From assembly GCA_947495575.1 (NCBI GenBank), contig CANLZL010000007.1, forward strand, positions 151,920 to 215,919: a stretch of 64,000 nt of DNA, read 5' to 3'. Each line of letters begins with the position of its first letter. The first letter of the stretch is position 1. Below, one piece after another: positions 57,712 to 64,000 of this stretch. The position numbers were made by a program, and so were the translations under genes. The notes under the pieces were generated by a model, which saw only the letters and a list, made by a program, of their open reading frames with translations, was not told the DNA's origin and made no database searches. This DNA comes from an uncultured Nioella sp. (GTDB lineage: Bacteria > Pseudomonadota > Alphaproteobacteria > Rhodobacterales > Rhodobacteraceae).

Positions 57712-58704
57712 ATGACGCGGATTAGAGAAGTGACACGCGCCTATTGTGAGCGCAGCGACGTGCTGGCCTCCGTCAGCTATTTCGGGACCTTCGCGGTCTA
57801 TTTCCTGACATTGTATTTGGCTGTGACGGCCTATGGATCATGGGCATTAGTTGCGCCATTGGTGGTGATAAACGCCATGGCCGGCGTGCGGCTTTATGTG
57901 TTGCAACATGATTGTGGCCATAACTCACTGTTTTCGCAGCGCTGGATGAATGATTGGGCGGGCTATGGCCTGTCGACCTTTACGCTGACGCCCTACCGCC
58001 TGATGCAGCACAATCACAATGAACATCATAAATATCTTGGCGATCTGGAGCATCGCCGGTCAGGCGAAATCCATACGATGACGGTAGCAGAATGGGAAAA
58101 GGCCGGAAGGTTGCACCGCCTGGCCTATAAGCTTTATCGCAATCCGTTGTTCCTGATCCCAGTTGGTGGAATTTTTGTTTACGTCCTGCGGTATCGCTGG
58201 CCCAAGAACACCTGGCAGATCGGCGTGACGGGCGTGTTGGTCCATGATGCGCTGCTGGTGGCTTGGATTGGGCTGTTATATTGGATGGCGGGTTGGCCCG
58301 CACTTTATATCTATGTGGCGACTGTTTGTGTCGCTGCGTTTTCAGGGGTCTTTCTGGTATATCTGCAGCACAATTTCGAGGATACCTATTGGGATCGCCG
58401 CCCCGAGCTGCGCCATGATCTGGCGGCGTTGCAAGGATCCTCAGCGTTGGATCTTGGATGGTGGTTTGATCTGGCCACGGGCAATATTGCCTATCATGAT
58501 ATTCACCATTTCAACGCCAACATCCCCAGTTATCGATTGCGGAAATGTCATCAGGCGATCCGGGATGAATTTGGATTGCCGACGATCAACTGGCCGGAGG
58601 CGTTACGCAGTTTTTCCCTGAAACTATGGGATGAAGAGGATGAGAGGTTGGTGCCGTTTTCTCGCAGCGAAAGCTGGTTCGGTCTGCGGTCTGCGGGCGT
58701 GTGA
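57712..58704 (+). CDS. membrane fatty-acid desaturase family protein
   Basis: Three His boxes: HDCGH, HNEHH and HDIHH. Several TM segments. Confidence 0.88.
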   Translation: MTRIREVTRAYCERSDVLASVSYFGTFAVYFLTLYLAVTAYGSWALVAPLVVINAMAGVRLYVLQHDCGHNSLFSQRWMNDWAGYGLSTFTLTPYRLMQHNHNEHHKYLGDLEHRRSGEIHTMTVAEWEKAGRLHRLAYKLYRNPLFLIPVGGIFVYVLRYRWPKNTWQIGVTGVLVHDALLVAWIGLLYWMAGWPALYIYVATVCVAAFSGVFLVYLQHNFEDTYWDRRPELRHDLAALQGSSALDLGWWFDLATGNIAYHDIHHFNANIPSYRLRKCHQAIRDEFGLPTINWPEALRSFSLKLWDEEDERLVPFSRSESWFGLRSAGV

Positions 58705-58856
58705 GGGCAAAGCGGCGCTCGTCACGCTCCTGCCGGAGCCATCCTCGCGCCGCTGCTGCCGCGAGATCGACATGCGCGCATTAATAGTATTCGGTGACCG
58801 TTTGCCGGGCACGCATGTTCAGGTATTTTTGGCAAAATGAAAGCCGAAGGTGGGAA

Positions 58857-59060
58857 TTACCAATGTGGTGGTTTTTGATCGGCAAGCGGTACTGTCCCGC
58901 CGCCGTCGACTTCACGTTCGGCTTCGCGTTGCATCAACATCGCCACGCGACGCGTCAGTACGGCAATCTCGCCATCCTGTCGGGCTACAACGTCTGACAA
59001 ATCCTCGACCTGACGGGTGAGGTGGGCCAGCATTTCTTCGAGTTTTTCTGTGTCGCTCAT
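58857..59060 (-). CDS. slyX: SlyX-family protein
   Basis: 67-aa coiled-coil protein, LEEMLAHLTRQVEDLSDVVARQDGEIAVLTRRV. Confidence 0.85.
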   Translation of the reverse strand: MSDTEKLEEMLAHLTRQVEDLSDVVARQDGEIAVLTRRVAMLMQREAEREVDGGGTVPLADQKPPHW

Positions 59061-59172
59061 ATGCCCTCTCTAGGAGGGAATCGCGCGAAAGGCCAGAGCG
59101 CCGACTTGCCCCTCGCGCGCACAGAGGTTAGAGGGCGGGCGAGCCCCCGCGACCCCAATTCGGATCAGAGAT

Positions 59173-60648
59173 ATGGCCAAGCAAAAGAAACAACCTCGTC
59201 CCAAGGCAGAAACGCCCAAGGGCTTCCGCGATTACTTTGGCGCGGAAGTGACCGATCGCAAGCATATGCTGGATAAGATCGCCGAGGTGTATCATCGTTA
59301 TGGCTTTGATCCGCTGGAAACCTCTGCTGTAGAAACGGTCGAGGCTTTGGGGAAATTCCTGCCCGATGTCGACCGCCCCAATGAAGGGGTTTTTGCCTGG
59401 CAAGAAGAGGATGACGGCAAGTGGCTGGCGCTGCGTTATGATATGACGGCGCCACTGGCCCGCGTGGCCGCGCAATACCGCAATGACCTGCCCGCACCGT
59501 ACCGTCGATTTACGATGGGGCCGGTCTGGCGCAATGAAAAACCCGGGCCCGGACGCTATCGCCAATTCTATCAATGTGATGCGGATACAGTCGGTTCAGC
59601 CTCTGTCGCGGCAGATGCCGAGATTTGTGCGATGCTGGCCGATACGCTTGAGGCGGTAGGCATCCCACGCGGTGACTACCTTGTACGCATCAACAACCGG
59701 AAGGTGTTGAATGGTGTGTTGGAGGCCACGGGAGTGGCCGATGATGCCAAGCAGGCCGACGTCCTTCGTACTATCGACAAATTTGACAAAGTGGGCGCGT
59801 CCGGCGTGCGCGAGTTGCTGGGCAAAGGGCGGTTGGATGCCTCTGGAGCATATATCGACGGTGTTGGACTGACAGAGGATCAGGCCGAGCCTGTTTTGGC
59901 CTTCCTGACGTCGAAAGGGTCAACGGCAGAGGACACGCTGGAGAATCTGCGGGTAGCGGTTGGCGCATCAATAGCTGGCGCCGAAGGTGTTGCTGAACTT
60001 GAAACGATTGCTGCGCTGTTGGCGGCCCAAGGCTATGGGCCAGATCGCATTGAAATCGACCCCTCCGTCGTGCGCGGATTGGGCTATTATACCGGACCTG
60101 TATACGAGGCCGAGCTGACCTTCGAAGTGTTCGACGAAAAGGGCCGTCCGCGCCAGTTTGGTTCAGTTGCCGGTGGCGGGCGCTATGACGATTTGGTCAA
60201 GCGCTTCACTGGGCAGGCTGTTCCCGCGACGGGAGTGTCAATTGGCGTCGACCGGCTTTTGGCCGCTCTTCGTGAAAAAGGGCGGATTGGCACCCACGCA
60301 ACGGGGCCTGTCGTTGTCACGGTGATGGATCGCGACCGGATGGCCGATTACCAGTCCATGGCGACCACGTTGCGCAATGCAGGAATTCGCGCCGAGGTCT
60401 ATCTGGGCAATCCGAAGAATTTCGGCAACCAACTGAAATATGCCGATAAGCGGGAAAGTCCGGTGGCGATCATCCAAGGCTCGGATGAGGCAGAGCGTGG
60501 CGTTGTGCAGATCAAGGATTTGGTCCTTGGCGCGCAAATTGCAGCTGAAGCGACGCTGGAAGAATGGAAATCACAGCCGGCTCAGCGCGAAGTGGCTGAG
60601 ACTGACCTGGTTGCGGAAGTGCAGGAAATTCTGGACCGGAACGCATGA
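59173..60648 (+). CDS. hisS: histidine--tRNA ligase
   Basis: 491 aa. PKGFRDYF, class II motifs, and GGGRYDDLV. Confidence 0.95.
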   Translation: MAKQKKQPRPKAETPKGFRDYFGAEVTDRKHMLDKIAEVYHRYGFDPLETSAVETVEALGKFLPDVDRPNEGVFAWQEEDDGKWLALRYDMTAPLARVAAQYRNDLPAPYRRFTMGPVWRNEKPGPGRYRQFYQCDADTVGSASVAADAEICAMLADTLEAVGIPRGDYLVRINNRKVLNGVLEATGVADDAKQADVLRTIDKFDKVGASGVRELLGKGRLDASGAYIDGVGLTEDQAEPVLAFLTSKGSTAEDTLENLRVAVGASIAGAEGVAELETIAALLAAQGYGPDRIEIDPSVVRGLGYYTGPVYEAELTFEVFDEKGRPRQFGSVAGGGRYDDLVKRFTGQAVPATGVSIGVDRLLAALREKGRIGTHATGPVVVTVMDRDRMADYQSMATTLRNAGIRAEVYLGNPKNFGNQLKYADKRESPVAIIQGSDEAERGVVQIKDLVLGAQIAAEATLEEWKSQPAQREVAETDLVAEVQEILDRNA

Positions 60649-61751
60649 GTGACAAGCTGTTAGTCCGGGCCGAGGCCGAGCGCCTGTTTGCGTTTTTCAA
60701 AGCGCAAGGCGCAGAAGCTGTTGATGCCGCTTTGATGCAACCTGCAGGCACCCTGTTAGATCTGTATGGCGAAGATATCCGCGCGCGCGCCTATGTCACC
60801 CATGATCCGGATCAGGGCGAAATGATGCTACGCCCGGATTTCACGGTGCCGGTGGTACAACGCCATATGGCCGAGGGCGGAGAGCCCGCGCGCTACACCT
60901 ATCTGGGCGAAGTCTTCCGGATGCAGCAGGCCGGGTCGGGCCGTGCGACTGAGTATTTGCAGGTAGGCTACGAAGTCTTTGATCGGTCCAACCCGGAGGC
61001 GGCGGATGCGGAAGTGTTCTCGCTCTTTGCGGAAGTGCTGTCGCCTTTGGGGCTGCGTCCCGCGACTGGCGATATCGGGATTCTAAAAGCGGCCGTCGCC
61101 AGCTTGTCGACCACGGAAAAGCGCAAAGCGGCATTGATGCGCCACATTTGGAGGCCACGGCGGTTTCGCGCCCTGTTGGACCAGTTCACGGGAAAAGCTG
61201 CGCCATCCTCTGCGCGCACGGCCTTTTTGGCGGTGGCGCAAAAAGAGGGGGCAGTTGCCCTGGTTGATCGGGCCGGTCCTGAAATCGGGCTTCGCAGCCG
61301 AGGCGAAGTGATCCGCCGGACCGACGCTCTGCTCAATGATGCAGCAGAACCCCTGATTGGTCGGATGGAAGCCGAAGTATTGGAAACGATACTGGCATTG
61401 CGGGAAACCTTGCCCAATGCCTTTGCGCATCTCAGTGACCTGGCTGTTGATTTGACAGGCCTCAATAGCGCGCTGGAGCGTATGGAACGCCGGATGGATG
61501 CGCTGAATGATGCTGGAATCGATCTGGACGGGCTACCGTTCGAGGCCAGCTTTGGCCGCACCCATATGGAATACTATGACGGATTTGTTTTTGGCTTCAT
61601 GGCCGAGTCGCGGCCTGACTTGCCGCCGGTTGCTACAGGTGGCCGGTATGATGCGCTGACCAGAGTGCTTGGTGGTGGCCAAGAAATCCCGGCTGTTGGT
61701 GGAGTGATCCGCCCCGAATTGGTGCAGGAACTGCGGGAGGGGTTGGTATGA
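60645..61751 (+). CDS. hisZ: ATP phosphoribosyltransferase regulatory subunit (HisRS paralog)
   Basis: 368 aa. HisRS-like core with GGRYDAL and no anticodon-binding domain. ATGA overlap with hisS. Confidence 0.9.
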   Translation: MSDKLLVRAEAERLFAFFKAQGAEAVDAALMQPAGTLLDLYGEDIRARAYVTHDPDQGEMMLRPDFTVPVVQRHMAEGGEPARYTYLGEVFRMQQAGSGRATEYLQVGYEVFDRSNPEAADAEVFSLFAEVLSPLGLRPATGDIGILKAAVASLSTTEKRKAALMRHIWRPRRFRALLDQFTGKAAPSSARTAFLAVAQKEGAVALVDRAGPEIGLRSRGEVIRRTDALLNDAAEPLIGRMEAEVLETILALRETLPNAFAHLSDLAVDLTGLNSALERMERRMDALNDAGIDLDGLPFEASFGRTHMEYYDGFVFGFMAESRPDLPPVATGGRYDALTRVLGGGQEIPAVGGVIRPELVQELREGLV

Positions 61752-62431
61752 CCCTAAAGCTTGGATTGCCGTCCAAGGGTCGGCTGATGGCCAAGACCTT
61801 CGACTGGTTTGCCGAACGCGGAATCAAAATGGAGCGCACGGGCTCTGACCGTGAATATGCGGCCCAAGTTGAGGGGGCTGACCTTGAGCTGGTTCTACTT
61901 AGCGCGGGCGAAATCCCACGTGAACTCCGTGCGGGGCGCATCCATCTGGGTGTGACCGGTTCTGACCTTGTGCGCGAGCGCATTCCAGCCTGGGAAGAGG
62001 TTGTGAAAGAACTGCAACCGATGGGTTTCGGCTTTGCCGATCTTATTATCGCAGTTCCGGCATTTTGGGTCGATGTCACGACTTTGGATGATCTTGATGC
62101 AGCAGCAGCTGCCTTTCGTGCTGAACACGGACACAGGTTGCGCATTGCCACCAAATATCATCGCCTGGTCCGTGAGTTTCTGCAGGATGCAGGTGTTGCC
62201 GATTACCAATTGGTCGACAGTCAGGGCGCCACCGAGGGTACCGTCAAGAACCTGACTGCCGAGGCTGTGGCTGATATTACTTCGACCGGGGAAACGCTGC
62301 GGGCCAACCATTTGTCTATTTTGAGCGATGGTCTGATTCACCGCAGCCAAGCGGTTCTGTTCAAGTCGCGCAAGGCCAGCTGGGGCGACGCGGAACGGGC
62401 GGCTTTGGCCGATCTTACTGAACGCCTGTAA
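61748..62431 (+). CDS. hisG: ATP phosphoribosyltransferase, short form
   Basis: 227 aa. LKLGLPSKGRL...DITSTGETLRAN. It overlaps hisZ by 4 nt. Confidence 0.93.
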   Translation: MTLKLGLPSKGRLMAKTFDWFAERGIKMERTGSDREYAAQVEGADLELVLLSAGEIPRELRAGRIHLGVTGSDLVRERIPAWEEVVKELQPMGFGFADLIIAVPAFWVDVTTLDDLDAAAAAFRAEHGHRLRIATKYHRLVREFLQDAGVADYQLVDSQGATEGTVKNLTAEAVADITSTGETLRANHLSILSDGLIHRSQAVLFKSRKASWGDAERAALADLTERL

Positions 62432-62819
62432 ACGCCTCAGTCCGCTTTCATGAGTGGGTTACTGGGGTTGTTCGATTCAGATTTGCGCAATCTTGAAGAG
62501 ATTGTCCAAGGTCGATCTGATTCTGTCTACCATCCAATCTTCCCGAGCGGTTTGAATTTTCAACAACCGACATGGGTATCGGCGGCTTTCCGATCAGAGT
62601 TGGGGTCGATTTGATCAGAGTCGTGAACGAAGTCGCTTATCATTTTCTGAAACGGCGCCGACGTTGGTGGTGATAAACGGGTGGGCAACCTCACCCTTTC
62701 GAATTCGGCGTTTTCGTTAACACTGAACGTCGATTCCTAAGGCCTCGGAATTTCCACCCTCTGATTTTTTGAGCGAACCGGAACTCAAGCGGTATTTTCT
62801 AGCTTACGGTTTTGACCCT

Positions 62820-63254
62820 TTAGCGCACCCCGATTTCAGCAAGCGCTGACTGCAGTTCTGGCGGCAGACGATCCTCTTTGAGGCGACCGGTTTTCAGATC
62901 CGACGGCGCATCTTCAGGTTTCAGGTAGCGCCAGCCCTGGAAGGCCCGTTTTGGAGTCGCCTCGACACGCACAATTCGCCGGTCCAGGACAATGCCGCAG
63001 CGACGAATTCCATCTTCTCCGATCACCTCATCTAGGCGCAGAATGGCTTGCCGCGCCTGAACGACGCCTTTGATCACCCAGAATATTGACCCGCCATTGA
63101 GGATTTCAGCCTCACGTTTGGGCCACATCCGTGTCACGTGACGGGGTTGTTTATCGGTCCATTTCAGGCGCGCGTGATCCTGCCATGCGGCCATGGTCTC
63201 GACGGATTCGGACCCGACAGAGAGCTTGATCAAATGGGTCATGCTGGCAGACAT
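62820..63254 (-). CDS. DUF1489-family protein
   Basis: I chose the internal ATG at 63254 (alternative at 63242). HLIKLSVGSESVE...HVTRMWPKREAEILNGGSIFWVIKG...FQGWRYL matches my memory of the DUF1489 pattern. Confidence 0.75.
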   Translation of the reverse strand: MSASMTHLIKLSVGSESVETMAAWQDHARLKWTDKQPRHVTRMWPKREAEILNGGSIFWVIKGVVQARQAILRLDEVIGEDGIRRCGIVLDRRIVRVEATPKRAFQGWRYLKPEDAPSDLKTGRLKEDRLPPELQSALAEIGVR

Positions 63255-63374
63255 GGAATGGTCCCTTTCTGGGATGCAACATAGAGCGCCCAACCTGTCC
63301 CGGCAACATTGACCGAGGCAGGTCTTGTGGCTATCCTTTGCCCTTCCCCAAGGATTAGGAATAGGATCTAGCCG

Positions 63375-64000
63375 ATGAGCCGCTTTGCCGCCCCGATTGC
63401 CGAGCAAATCTGGGATATGAAATACAGGCTAAAAGAGGCCGACGGCACCCCGATCGACCAAACGATTGAGGATAGCTGGCGCCGAATCGCGCGCGCTTTG
63501 GCCGAGGTTGAAGAGTCGCCGGCAGACTGGGAAGAGCGTTTCTATTCGGCTTTGGAGGATTTCAAGTACCTTCCTGCTGGACGCATAACCGCCGGCGCAG
63601 GCACCGGGCGCAATGTTACGCTTTTTAATTGCTTTGTCATGGGCACGATATCAGACAGCCTGTCGGGGATTTTCCAAGGCCTTAAAGAAGCGGCGTTGAC
63701 GATGCAGCAGGGTGGGGGGATCGGATATGATTTCTCGACCATTCGCCCGAAAGGCGCAGTGGTCAAAGGCGTTGCGGCAGATGCTTCAGGCCCCCTCAGC
63801 TTCATGGATGTGTGGGACGCGATGTGCCGCACAATCATGAGCGCGGGCAGCCGCCGTGGCGCTATGATGGCGACCATGCGGTGCGACCATCCGGATATCG
63901 AAGAGTTCATCACCGCCAAGTCAGACGCTGCCCGCCTGCGCATGTTCAACGTTTCGGTCCTGGTGACAGATCCGTTCATGGAGGCCGTAAAAGCAGACGG
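63375..64000 (+). CDS. nrdJ: adenosylcobalamin-dependent (class II) ribonucleotide reductase, N-terminal part, cut by the window edge
   Basis: Hand translation from ATG at 63375 stays open to the window end: MSRFAAPIAEQIWDMKYRLKE...TLFNCFVMGT...MQQGGGIGYDFSTIRPKGAVVKGV...SGPLSFMDVWDAMC...RRGAMMATMRCDHPDIEEFI. It is not in the ORF track because it is open-ended. Confidence 0.88.
   Translation, partial: MSRFAAPIAEQIWDMKYRLKEADGTPIDQTIEDSWRRIARALAEVEESPADWEERFYSALEDFKYLPAGRITAGAGTGRNVTLFNCFVMGTISDSLSGIFQGLKEAALTMQQGGGIGYDFSTIRPKGAVVKGVAADASGPLSFMDVWDAMCRTIMSAGSRRGAMMATMRCDHPDIEEFITAKSDAARLRMFNVSVLVTDPFMEAVKAD

Noticed and set aside
63255-63374. Cobalamin riboswitch upstream of nrdJ
   Set aside because: The leader is only 120 nt, I did not see a B12-box-like element, and a B12-dependent enzyme is not an expected target of B12 repression.

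Overview
This window looks like a chromosomal core segment of a moderately GC-rich alphaproteobacterium, most likely Rhodobacterales (roseobacter type). That placement is an inference from two things. One is gene order: miaB, ybeZ-ybeY-corC-lnt, metK, aroA-cmk-rpsA-ihfB-lapA-like-trpF-trpB, pth/rplY, xdhABC, dnaE, hisS-hisZ-hisG, nrdJ. The other is a metK leader that resembles the SAM/SAH riboswitch class described from Rhodobacterales. I can support about 70 protein genes, two of them cut by the window edges and therefore absent from the ORF track. I also support one tRNA-like gene, one riboswitch candidate, several hairpin terminators and a few perfect inverted repeats. I saw no transposase, integrase, phage gene, CRISPR array or rRNA. 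The recurring theme is that conserved housekeeping strings are interrupted by small inserts encoding secreted, membrane or unknown proteins. The strongest candidates for something undescribed are listed here. (1) The 21997-25272 block after trpB: an 809-bp ORF-poor structured gap carrying an atypical tRNA-like gene, then a TM-less SPFH protein, two secreted PepSY-like proteins with poly-acidic tails, and a membrane-anchored LuxR-type HTH protein. (2) A voltage-sensor K+ channel gene wedged inside a nucleoside-type ABC transporter operon fused to xdhABC. (3) Three unrelated sulfotransferase-type genes; one is followed by a 68-aa very acidic protein and one is clustered with a GT92-like glycosyltransferase and a membrane desaturase. 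(4) A Cys-bracketed about 35-aa module shared by an OmpA-like protein and an adjacent lipoprotein, next to a His-rich secreted protein. All functional calls rest on motif recognition by eye; no database search or computation was possible.
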